In this document: piece by piece, positions 1 through 8,303 of the stretch | Layout of the letters: the number at the start of each line of letters is the position of its first letter | Position numbering within the stretch: the stretch's first letter is position 1 | NCBI GenBank assembly: GCA_016711325.1 | Contig: JADJTH010000005.1 | Coordinates: 7,524-71,523, forward strand | Origin: Nigerium sp. | Lineage (GTDB): Bacteria > Actinomycetota > Actinomycetes > Propionibacteriales > Propionibacteriaceae | Direction of reading: 5' to 3' | Length of the DNA stretch: 64,000 bases | Made by a program: the position numbers and the translations under genes | Notes under the pieces: generated by a model | Databases searched by the model: none | Told to the model about the DNA's origin: nothing | The model's input: the letters and a program-made list of their open reading frames with translations, nothing else

Positions 1-2
1 CC

Positions 3-332
3 GCCCGCTACGCCTCGCAGCACGCGGACGCCGTCGCGGGCCTGGTGCTGATGGCGGCCTATCCCGAGGACGGCATCGACCTCACCGGCGCCACGTTCGC
101 GGCCGTGGTGCTGCAGGCCGGCGAGGACGGTCGCGCCGCCCCGACGCTGGTCGACGCTGCCGCCGACCGTCTGCCGCCCGGCACCAGAACCGAGGTGATC
201 GACGGCGCCGCGCACAGCTTCTTCGGCCGCTATGGTGCCCAGGCGGGTGACGGCGTTCCGACCGTGTCCCGGGCACACGCCGAGGCGGCGATACGGGACG
301 CGCTCGACCGCTTCTTCGCCGCCTTGGCCTGA
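3..332 (+). CDS. alpha/beta hydrolase, C-terminal fragment (5' end outside window)
   Basis: Frame is open from the window edge (ARYASQHADAVAGLVLMAAYPEDG...GAAHSFFGRYG...). Stop at 330-332. A strong hairpin lies just downstream. Confidence 0.7.
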   Translation, partial: ARYASQHADAVAGLVLMAAYPEDGIDLTGATFAAVVLQAGEDGRAAPTLVDAAADRLPPGTRTEVIDGAAHSFFGRYGAQAGDGVPTVSRAHAEAAIRDALDRFFAALA

Positions 333-341
333 GACCCGGAA

Positions 342-389
342 CATAGCGGAGACTCGTGGCCCGACTGAGGGCCACGAGTCTCCGCTATG
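342..389. terminator. bidirectional stem-loop between convergent genes
   Basis: Perfect 20-bp inverted repeat: CATAGCGGAGACTCGTGGCC (342-361) and GGCCACGAGTCTCCGCTATG (370-389), with an 8-nt loop. It sits between the hydrolase stop and the heme oxygenase stop. Confidence 0.7.
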
Positions 390-399
390 TCTGCGCGAA

Positions 400-1068
400 T
401 CAGCTCGCCGCGCGCAGCGCGCCGCTGCGGGCCTGCTCGAGGTCGGCGAACACCGCCTGGTTGAGGCGGAACGTCCGGATCGCCTCGCGCACCACCAGCG
501 CCTGGGTCTCCGCGTCCAGCTGCAGCGCGTCGAGGGTGGCGCGGTAGGCATCCTTGTACGGCTTGGCCTTGTCGATGCCGTCGAAGCGGTAGAAGGTGAG
601 CGCCGCGTCCGGCACCGCGTAGTGCCGCGCGACCAGGCTGGCGATCGCCTGCCCCCCGGACAGATCCCCCAGCAGCCGCACGTAGTGGTGCGCGACCAGG
701 GCCTCGGGCCGCTCCACGGATCCGATCCGCTCGACGTACGCGCGCGTCGCGGGCAGGATCGCGATCCGGCCGTCCGCCACCTGGTCGGCCCAGTCAGGCC
801 CGAACAGGACGCCGAGGTCGGAGGCCAGCCGGGGCGTCCGGATCAGCAGCGGATCGTGCAGCGCGGCCACCGCCGGGTGGTCGGCGTGGGCGTCCATGGC
901 CGCCTCGAGAGCGACGTAGACCGGGTGCAGTTGGGCCGTGAAGGCCGCGAAGTCGGACGCCGACGCCCCGCCGTTCATGAGGCGCGTGATGAAGGGCGAG
1001 TGCTCGGCGTCCTCGTGCGCTCGGGTGGTGGCTTCGCGCAGCGCGGTGGACAGGGGAGAGGTCGTCAT
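400..1068 (-). CDS. hmuO: heme oxygenase (HmuO/HO-1 type)
   Basis: 222 aa starting MTTSPLSTALREATTRAHEDAEHSPFITRL and containing HHYVRLLGDLSGGQ, typical of the heme oxygenase family. ATG at 1068 overlaps the upstream stop (ATGA). Confidence 0.9.
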   Translation of the reverse strand: MTTSPLSTALREATTRAHEDAEHSPFITRLMNGGASASDFAAFTAQLHPVYVALEAAMDAHADHPAVAALHDPLLIRTPRLASDLGVLFGPDWADQVADGRIAILPATRAYVERIGSVERPEALVAHHYVRLLGDLSGGQAIASLVARHYAVPDAALTFYRFDGIDKAKPYKDAYRATLDALQLDAETQALVVREAIRTFRLNQAVFADLEQARSGALRAAS

Positions 1069-2246
1069 GACGAGGGCCTTTCGTGCGAGGTCGGCTGGGA
1101 GGAATCGGAGGACAAGAAGGAAGCGCCGGCAGACTCCGCCGCGAGCCGCCGCGCCTCGGCACGCCCGGCCTCGCGGGCCTGCTCGATGCGCGCGGCCAAC
1201 TCGGGCGAGAGAGCGGGAACCGAGGGGGTCGATGCCGCGACGATCCCCGACTCCGGTGTCCCGGCGGACGCCGAGACGGACGCCGCGCGCGCCGTGCGCC
1301 GCCGGGCGATCGCCCGCCACACCAGCACGCCGGCGACGGCGACGACGAGCAGCGCCGCGGCCGTCCACACGAGCGACACGGTCCAGGCGAACGCCGAGCC
1401 GTGCGCCGCGTCCGCGGCGCCGCTGACGCCGATGCCGATCGGCGTGACGTCGACGCTGGCGCGGGTGAGGAACAACGGCCACACGTCGGGGATCTCGACG
1501 GTGCGCTCGATCGAGCTCCCCGGCAGGATCTCGGGAGTCTCCCCGCTCAGCGCGGTGCCGGACGCCAGGCCGAACAGCCCGGCGATCCCCACCTGCTCGC
1601 GGGTGTAGATCAGGGCGTTGCCGGTGTTGGCCAGCCGGTAGCTGAGCGTGGCGGATCCGGGCGCGAACGGGTTGCCGGAGGCCGTGTAGGCGAGCCGCAC
1701 GCCGGTGACCGTGGCGTCCACGGTGAGCGTGCCCGGCACCCGCACGGCGATCTTCGAGGCCAGCCGGCGGTCGATGCTGAGCGCCTCCGTCTCGGACGTC
1801 GACCGCAGCGAGGTGACGAGTCCGCCGACATGGTCGCCGGGCCGCGCGTGGTCCGGGACGGTGAGGGTGAACGGGACGGTCGCCGAGGCGTTCGGGGCGA
1901 TCGTGACGGAGGGGACACCCACCGTCGTCCAGGCGCCGATGGCCTCGGACGCCGCCCCCGTCGGCACCAGGTCGAGCAGGCCGTCGGCGGTGGTGAAGCC
2001 GTCGGCGGCGTACACGGCGAGCGTGAGCGACTCGGCGCCGTGGTTGGTGACGACGGCCGCGTCCTCGAGCACCTGCCCGGGCTCGACCGTGTACGCGTAG
2101 TTGGCGCGGGCGTTGCCGTGGTCGTTGTCGGCGGGCTTCACGCTCCACGCGGCCGTCTCGGCGGACGCCGTGGGCGCGACGACACCCGTCGCGAGCAGGG
2201 TGGCGACGAGTGCGCCTTCGAGCAGGCGGCGGATCAGGCGCGTCAT
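1065..2246 (-). CDS. secreted cell-surface protein, DUF916 (WxL-interacting)-like, C-terminal TM anchor
   Basis: 393 aa. Signal peptide (LLATGVVAPTASA). N-terminal domain WSVKPADNDHGNARANYAYTVEPGQ...LTVPDHARPGDHVGGLVTS resembles DUF916. TM helix WTVSLVWTAAALLVVAVAGVLVW. RBS GAAGGA. Confidence 0.6.
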   Translation of the reverse strand: MTRLIRRLLEGALVATLLATGVVAPTASAETAAWSVKPADNDHGNARANYAYTVEPGQVLEDAAVVTNHGAESLTLAVYAADGFTTADGLLDLVPTGAASEAIGAWTTVGVPSVTIAPNASATVPFTLTVPDHARPGDHVGGLVTSLRSTSETEALSIDRRLASKIAVRVPGTLTVDATVTGVRLAYTASGNPFAPGSATLSYRLANTGNALIYTREQVGIAGLFGLASGTALSGETPEILPGSSIERTVEIPDVWPLFLTRASVDVTPIGIGVSGAADAAHGSAFAWTVSLVWTAAALLVVAVAGVLVWRAIARRRTARAASVSASAGTPESGIVAASTPSVPALSPELAARIEQAREAGRAEARRLAAESAGASFLSSDSSQPTSHERPSS

Positions 2247-2281
2247 GGTGATCCTTCGGGTGAGAACGGAGAGGATGGGGC

Positions 2282-2320
2282 GGTGGGATCCGGCGGGGTA
2301 GTAGCTCGCCGGATCCCACC
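2282..2320 (-). terminator. stem-loop downstream of the HtaA-domain gene
   Basis: Perfect 14-bp inverted repeat: GGTGGGATCCGGCG (2282-2295) and CGCCGGATCCCACC (2307-2320), just after the stop at 2327. Confidence 0.6.
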
Positions 2321-2326
2321 CACGGG

Positions 2327-4021
2327 TCAGGAGACGGCGGTGAGCGTCAACGTTCCCTTGTAATCGCCAGCGGCCGTGTCGAGCGGCAACTGGAGGTTCA
2401 GTCCGGCGCCGAGCGTGGCCGAACCGCCGGCGTGCCCTCCGACGGCGGAGCCGAGCGTCCGCGAGGACTTGAGGCCCGAACCCTCGGCGAAGCCCGACAC
2501 GATCGCCGCACCCGCGGTCGCGCCCGCACCGGGAGAGGTGACGGTCGGCGTCCAGCCGAGGTGCTTACCGTCGAACGAGCCCGCCGTGCTGGCGAAGTCG
2601 CTCACCTGGGCCGAGATCGACCACGCGGGGGTGCCGGCGCGGGTATCGGTGACCGCCACGGGGGCAAGCTGTCCGCTCGCGGCGAAGTGGTCGCCGCTGA
2701 CGGCGGCCGTGCCGAGGTTGACCGCGGTCGTGCCGCCGTCGATGCGCCAGACGAACTCGCCCGGCTCCTCGGGATCGACCGGCTTGGTCGGGACGGTCAC
2801 GTCGATGTCCAGGTCGTCGGTCGAGGTGCCGGGCACCGCGAACGAGATCGGCACGGACAACTCCTGCGCCGCGTTGGCGGCGGCGCCGCCACCGGCGTAG
2901 GTGTAGACGCCGTAGTTGCCGGTGGACGCCTCGTCCGTCTTGACCTGGAGGGTCGCGGTGAACGAACCGTCGGGCTTGAGTTCCACGAGCGAGGCCGCCT
3001 GGCTCGGGTACGACGTGCTCACCTGGTTGAGCGAGGCGATCGGCATGGCCCACTTCTGGGAGATCACCTTGCGTGCGGAGGACGCGGCACCCGCGGACGG
3101 CTTCCACGCGGTGGCGAACTTGCCGAAGACCACGTAGACGCCCGAGGGCTGGCCGACGGTGACGGGCACCCGCGTCGAGATGTTCGCGTTCGGGTCGAAG
3201 CCGGTGCCGGTGACGGTCACCGTCTCGGAGCCGTCGGGATTGAAGCCAGTGGCCTTCGACACCGACAACTGCGGGGTGAACGTCGGATTCGTGGGGTTCG
3301 TCGGCTCTTGGCCCAGGGTGGCGCTCAGCGTCAGGTTGTCGAGCAGTTCGCCGGCAGCGTAGAGCGGGAGCGCCGCGGCGCCCTCGGCGGTGAGTTTGAC
3401 GCCGCTGGCGTTCACGGTGACGGTGCTGCCGCTGACCGTGATCCCGGGAGTGTCGATCGTGGCGAGCCTCACGCCCGTGCCGCCGTAGACGCCCTCCTTG
3501 AAGTCACCGAAGTCGCCGGTGACGACCGCCGACACGTCCGCCTTGACGAACGCGTTGGTGCCGTCGACCTCGACGCCGACGTTGCTGATGTCGATCGTGA
3601 AGTAGTGCGACGGGAAGTGGTAATGGAAGGCGCCGGCCGTCTGCACGGTGAAGTGGCTGGTGTCGGTGAAGGAGCCCCCGGAGACCGGGAGAGTGTAGGG
3701 CAGCGTCTCGTTGGGGTTCGACGTGCTCTGTGGCCACGCCGGCGTGCCGGTGGTGTCGAACTGTGCCGGGGCGGTGAGCGTGATGCGTTGCCCGACGGGC
3801 AGCGGGCCGGTCGGCGGCAGCGCGGCGGTCTGCCGGCCGACGTAGCTGCGGAAGCTCTCCTTGAGCCCCCACTTGACGGAGCCGCTATCGACCGGGCGGT
3901 CGGCGGCATAGGCGGGCGTGGCCATGAGGCCGGCGGCGATCACTGCGAAGGCAGCTCCGGCGGCCACCAGCGCTCGAGCGCGGCGGCGGTGCGTGGGCAC
4001 CGCCGGGTGGTGTTGGGTCAT
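2327..4021 (-). CDS. HtaA-domain heme-binding surface protein with WxL-like C-terminal domain
   Basis: 564 aa from ATG 4021 (RBS GAGAGAGGA). Signal peptide ...ATPAYAADRP. HtaA signature SVKWGLKESFRSYV...AFHYHFPSHYFTIDISNVGVEVDG. C-terminus VAVTDTRAGTPAWSISAQVSDF...GDYKGTLTLTAVS. Confidence 0.8.
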   Translation of the reverse strand: MTQHHPAVPTHRRRARALVAAGAAFAVIAAGLMATPAYAADRPVDSGSVKWGLKESFRSYVGRQTAALPPTGPLPVGQRITLTAPAQFDTTGTPAWPQSTSNPNETLPYTLPVSGGSFTDTSHFTVQTAGAFHYHFPSHYFTIDISNVGVEVDGTNAFVKADVSAVVTGDFGDFKEGVYGGTGVRLATIDTPGITVSGSTVTVNASGVKLTAEGAAALPLYAAGELLDNLTLSATLGQEPTNPTNPTFTPQLSVSKATGFNPDGSETVTVTGTGFDPNANISTRVPVTVGQPSGVYVVFGKFATAWKPSAGAASSARKVISQKWAMPIASLNQVSTSYPSQAASLVELKPDGSFTATLQVKTDEASTGNYGVYTYAGGGAAANAAQELSVPISFAVPGTSTDDLDIDVTVPTKPVDPEEPGEFVWRIDGGTTAVNLGTAAVSGDHFAASGQLAPVAVTDTRAGTPAWSISAQVSDFASTAGSFDGKHLGWTPTVTSPGAGATAGAAIVSGFAEGSGLKSSRTLGSAVGGHAGGSATLGAGLNLQLPLDTAAGDYKGTLTLTAVS

Positions 4022-4086
4022 CGGTGGGTGATCCTCTCTCGGGTGGTGTCTCATGAGGGGGTGGGAGTTCAGGGGCGGCCTGCGGG

Positions 4087-5433
4087 TCAGGCACCGGGGC
4101 GTCTGCGGAGCCAGGCGGGCCAGACCAGCCATCCGCGCTGGAAGGCGAGCGCCGTCAGCGCGCCGCCGCCGAGGACGCCGGCGGACGACCACAGCAACGC
4201 GGGGCTCGCGACGGCGCGCGCGAGGTGCGGGATGAGCGTGTCGACCAGGGGAAGCACCGTGGTCGCGGCCAGTGCCGCGATCGGCAGCGGATTCCCCGCG
4301 AGCGGGGTCGCGGTCGCAGCGCCGGAGCCCGAACCGGCCGCCCCGCCGGCGCCCACTCCGCCGGACGCGCTGCCGGTCGTGCCGTCTGCGGTACCCGAGC
4401 TGCCGCCGTCGCCGGGGTCGATGCCGGTCTCGCCCGTCGGCGGGATCGTCGGATCCGGGTCGGTCGTCACCGGCGCGTCCGCGTCGTAGCTCACCCACAG
4501 CCGGGTGGCCGGTTTGAATGAGTCACGGGCGCCGCCCGAGGAGTAGAAGTAGGACGCCTGGCCGCTGGCGAGGTGGAAGTCGACCAGGGTCTGCGGGAAC
4601 GATCCCCAGTCGGCGCCGGTGCGCGTCTGGACGGTGGCATCGGCGGGAAGCTGCACAATGACGCCCCGGTACTCGGGGACGGTGCTGAAGCCACGCGAGG
4701 CGTCCGCGCCGGCCGCGGCGAGGCTGACGCCCTTCATGGTCGCCAGGGTGACGGTGCGCGGGGTGAGCGCGGTCCAGACCGTGGTGTCGGACTGCGAGCT
4801 GCCGAACCCGGACGCGGTGGCCGTCACCGTCGCCGTCCCCTGCTCGACGACGACCTTCGGGTCGGTGACCCACCAGTAGACCAGGCCGCCGTAGGCGACG
4901 ACGGTGAAGGATCCCTTCCAGGTGATCTGCGCCGTGCCCGCGCGGGGGTCGACCGAGCCGGTGCCGCCGCCGATGAGGGCGGTGATGCCGGTCAGGCGGT
5001 TGTTGGTCGTGCTGACGACGGCGCCCGTGGCGTCCGTGCACCGGTCGTCGAACGTGACGGGCCGGTAGGCGCCCTGGGCGTCCGGCTTCTCGATCGTGAC
5101 GGCGCCGTCGGTGGTGCGGAAATAGCCGTGCTCCGCGGTCCACACCTTGCCCGAGCCGGTGTCGCCGACCACGCCGGCGGACAGGAAGTTGCAGCCGCCG
5201 AAGAACGCCCCCGACCCGGCCTCGGCGTTGATGCCCCAGCGGAACGAGGCGTTGGAGACGGTGAACGGCTCGCCGGTGCCCGGTGCGGCCGTGCGCGTCG
5301 GCACGGTCACGCTGATGTCGAGGTCGCCCGGTTGGGCGGCCGCGGGCGTCGCGGCCAGCGTGACCAGCGGCAGGACGATCAGCGCCGCGAGCGCGGCGGC
5401 GGCGCGGGCCAGGCGCGAGGTGGATCCGGTCAT
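4087..5433 (-). CDS. secreted, C-terminally membrane-anchored surface protein (HtaA-like assignment tentative)
   Basis: 448 aa from ATG 5433 (ATGA overlap with the upstream stop). Signal peptide ...LAATPAAAQP. Motif DLDISVTVPT...SFRWGINAEAG is shared with the neighbouring HtaA protein. Gly/Ser/Thr-rich linker and C-terminal hydrophobic helices. Confidence 0.7.
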   Translation of the reverse strand: MTGSTSRLARAAAALAALIVLPLVTLAATPAAAQPGDLDISVTVPTRTAAPGTGEPFTVSNASFRWGINAEAGSGAFFGGCNFLSAGVVGDTGSGKVWTAEHGYFRTTDGAVTIEKPDAQGAYRPVTFDDRCTDATGAVVSTTNNRLTGITALIGGGTGSVDPRAGTAQITWKGSFTVVAYGGLVYWWVTDPKVVVEQGTATVTATASGFGSSQSDTTVWTALTPRTVTLATMKGVSLAAAGADASRGFSTVPEYRGVIVQLPADATVQTRTGADWGSFPQTLVDFHLASGQASYFYSSGGARDSFKPATRLWVSYDADAPVTTDPDPTIPPTGETGIDPGDGGSSGTADGTTGSASGGVGAGGAAGSGSGAATATPLAGNPLPIAALAATTVLPLVDTLIPHLARAVASPALLWSSAGVLGGGALTALAFQRGWLVWPAWLRRRPGA

Positions 5434-6776
5434 CGGCGCGTCGCCTCCGCCCACTCGCCCACCTGCAGTGGCGGGGTGATCTCGGCGGAACCGGCCTCCG
5501 TGGAACCGACGTCGGCGAAGCCCGCCCGCCGCGCCTCCTCGAGCAGCGCGTCGATCTGCTCGGGCGTGAGCTCCTCAGGCAGCGGGTGCCGTTGCGGGGC
5601 GAACGCTCCCGCGGCGGCTGTCTGGGCCGACCCGGCCCTCCGCGGCCTGCGGCGTCCGAGCAGGCCGAGCACGACGACCGCCAGCAGGGCCGCCGCGGCG
5701 ACGCCGAGGGCGATCCACGCCCACGGCACCTCGGCGCCGGCGGCCCCGGACGCGGGCGCCGGGGTGGGCACGGGGGCATCCGCCGGATTGCCGACGGTGA
5801 AGGCTGCCTGGGCCAGGAGGCCGGACGCCGCGCCGGTCACCTGCAGGGTGTGGGTGCCGAGGCGGAGGTCGCGGGGCAGTTGGATCACGCCCGCGATCTC
5901 GCCCTGGGCGCCGGCGACGAGAGGGCCGACGGCGGCGCGTCCGTCGCCGAGGACCACCGTCACCTGCTCGCCGGGCACGAACCCGCGCGCGGTGAAGCTC
6001 ATGACGCGGCCGGCCAGCGCGGTCGCCTCGTCGACGCCGACAACGACCTCGCCGGGCGGGGGAGCCTCGCCGGAGGCGCCGTTGCCCGCTCCGACGGTCG
6101 AGCCGGCCGCGGCGCCGCCGGCGCCCCCAGCGCCCGCGGCCGAGTGGGAGGGGCCGGCGGAGCCAGAGGAACCCGCACCGGAGGCGGACCCCGCAGTGCC
6201 GGACGCCGCCGCGAACGACACCGCGGTGAAGGTCTCGTTGTTGGCGTTCTTGATGCCGTGCGCGCCCACGGTGATGACGCCGCAGGTGACCGTCCGGCAG
6301 TCGATCTGCTCGGTGCCGCCGCTGCGCCCGACCACCGAGATCACCGGACCCGGAAGGTTGAGGGTCGTGGACCAGCCGCCGTCGGCGTGCAGTTCGCCGC
6401 CGTTGGCGGCCTCCTCGGTCTGCGAGCCGGGGAAGGCCACGAAACGCTGCCGGCCCTGGTTGTTCTTGGTCTCGGAGTCCGGCATGTAGCGGAACGTCTG
6501 GCCGGACGCGCCCCCGCGGCTCGGACGCCACGAGCCGCCGCCGGGATCGTCGACCGTGCCGAAGAGCACGTAGATGCCGCCCATCGCCTTGGGGATCGAC
6601 TGGAAGCCGGTGCCCTTCACGGTGAGCGTGGTGGCGCCCGAGGCGTTGGCGCGGGCGCTTCCGGCCGGGCTGGTCGCGCTGACGCGCGCGGCGGCGTGGG
6701 CGTCCGGGGCGGCGATGATCAGTGAGCCGAGGGCGGACGCCAGGATCACGGCCACCGCGAACGGGCGACGCATCAT
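5430..6776 (-). CDS. secreted surface protein with Ig-like segment, TM anchor and cytoplasmic tail
   Basis: 448 aa from MMRRPFAVAVILASALGSLIIAAPDAHAAA (signal peptide). TVKGTGF...GGIYVLFG module. TM helix WAWIALGVAAAALLAVVVLGLLG. ATG overlaps the hmuV stop (ATGA at 6773-6776). Confidence 0.75.
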   Translation of the reverse strand: MMRRPFAVAVILASALGSLIIAAPDAHAAARVSATSPAGSARANASGATTLTVKGTGFQSIPKAMGGIYVLFGTVDDPGGGSWRPSRGGASGQTFRYMPDSETKNNQGRQRFVAFPGSQTEEAANGGELHADGGWSTTLNLPGPVISVVGRSGGTEQIDCRTVTCGVITVGAHGIKNANNETFTAVSFAAASGTAGSASGAGSSGSAGPSHSAAGAGGAGGAAAGSTVGAGNGASGEAPPPGEVVVGVDEATALAGRVMSFTARGFVPGEQVTVVLGDGRAAVGPLVAGAQGEIAGVIQLPRDLRLGTHTLQVTGAASGLLAQAAFTVGNPADAPVPTPAPASGAAGAEVPWAWIALGVAAAALLAVVVLGLLGRRRPRRAGSAQTAAAGAFAPQRHPLPEELTPEQIDALLEEARRAGFADVGSTEAGSAEITPPLQVGEWAEATRR

Positions 6777-7512
6777 CGGGCAGTACCTTTCGTGAGGACG
6801 GGCTGGGCGTGGACGGACTGGCCGCGGGCGGGACGCGAGTGGCCGCGGGCCGGCAGCACCAGCAGCCCGGCGCCGGTCGGGTCGGGAACGACGGTGACCG
6901 GATGGTCGTAGACACGCGACACGAGGTCGGCGGTCAGGACGTCCTCGGGCCGGCCCTGCGCCGCGATCCGGCCGTCGGCCAGCAGCACCAGGCGGTCGGC
7001 GTAGGCCGAGGCCAGCGCCAGGTCGTGCAGGACGACGACGACGGCGCCACCGGCGTCGGCGTGATCGCGCGCGGCACCCAGCACGCGCTCCTGGTGGCAG
7101 ATGTCGAGGGCGGCGGTCGGTTCGTCGAGCAGCAGCAGGGTGGTGGTCTGGGCGAGGACGCGCGCGAAGCTGGTGCGGGCCTTCTCGCCGCCCGACAAGG
7201 TCGGGAATCGGCGTTCGCCGAGGTGGCCGACCTGGGCGACGTCCATGCCGAAGGCCACCGCGGCGTCGTCCGCGTCCTCCTCGGGACGGCCGCGCCAGGG
7301 CGCGCGCCCCATCCGGACGACCTCGGCGACCTCGAACGGGAACGACAGCGTGTGCTCCTGCAGCATGACCGCCCGGAACCGGGCCAGCTCCTGGGGGGCG
7401 TGGCTCAGGCGCGTGCCGGTCGGACCGGCGAGGGTGCCGGCGTCGGGCGTCCGGTCGCCGGCGAGGACGGCCAGCAGGGTCGACTTGCCCGCGCCGTTGG
7501 GGCCGACGAGCG
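6773..7512 (-). pseudogene. hmuV: hemin ABC transporter ATP-binding protein remnant (N-terminal ~30-35 aa missing)
   Basis: The frame reads VSLVGPNGAGKSTLLAVLAG...LSGGEKARTSFARVL...LLLDEPTAALD...VLHDL, but has no start codon or N-terminal beta-strands. It abuts truncated permease sequence in another frame. Confidence 0.75.
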
Positions 7513-8303
7513 AGACCCACCGCCCCCGCCGTGAGCAGCGCGACCATGCCGATGCAGCGCATCCGCAGTCGTTCGACGTCGACGCCGAGGTGGCGCGCCG
7601 AGCGTTCGCCGAGCGCCAGCAGGTCGAGCGAGCGCGCCTCGCGGAGGGCCGCGGCCACGCCGACGATCGCGATGGGGGCGACGACCGCCACGTAGGGCCA
7701 TCGGGTGCCGTTGAGGCTGCCGAGCTGCCAGAACACGATCTGCTCGCGGCTCTGGGTTGTGCCCAGGAAGGTGAGGAACGCGATGATCGCGCCCGCGATG
7801 GCGTTGATCGCGACGCCGGTGAGGATGAGCGTGACGACCTCGCTGCGCCCGCCCGACCGGGACAGCGCGTACACGACGGCCGCGGCCAGAATTCCGCCGG
7901 CAAGGGCGAACAGGGCGACGGTCCACGGCCCGAGGAAGCTCAGCCCGAACACGATCGCGAGGCAGGCGCCGACCGCGGCACCCGAGGAGACGCCCGCGAT
8001 GCCGGGCTCGGCGAGCGGGTTGCCGAACACGCCCTGCATCACGCCGCCGGCGGTCGACAGGGACGCCCCCACGAGCGCGGCCATCGCCACGCGCGGGAAG
8101 CGGATCGTCCACAGCGCCGCCTCGCCGCCCGGGTGGGACGGCATCGGGCCGGCGTCGATCCCGAGCCGGTGCAGGATCGATCCGGCCACCTCGGCCGTCG
8201 CCACCTCGAGCTGGCCGCGCCCGGCGGCGACCAGGACCGCCACGACGAGCGCGATCGACAACCCGGCGAACAATCCGGCGCTCCGGCCTCGCGTGGACCT
8301 CAC
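7513..8303 (-). pseudogene. hmuU: FecCD-family hemin ABC permease remnant (about 263 of an expected ~340 aa)
   Basis: GTG 8303 (GTGA overlap with the hmuT stop). FecCD-type sequence ...VMQGVFGNPLAEPGIAGVSSGAAVG...LGERSARHLGVDVERLRMRCIGMVALLTAGAVG then runs out of frame into hmuV DNA. Confidence 0.75.

Noticed and set aside
232-2363. Plus-strand ORFs 232-1608 and 1083-2363
   Set aside because: They are antisense to heme oxygenase and the DUF916-like gene and have low-complexity composition with no motifs.
5430-8303. 957-aa ORF in the track that looks like a giant permease-surface protein fusion
   Set aside because: Only the first ~263 aa (permease) and the last 448 aa (surface protein with its own MM start and signal peptide) are protein-like. 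The middle ~245 aa is Arg/Pro-rich out-of-frame translation of the ATPase gene. It stays open only because of the high GC content.
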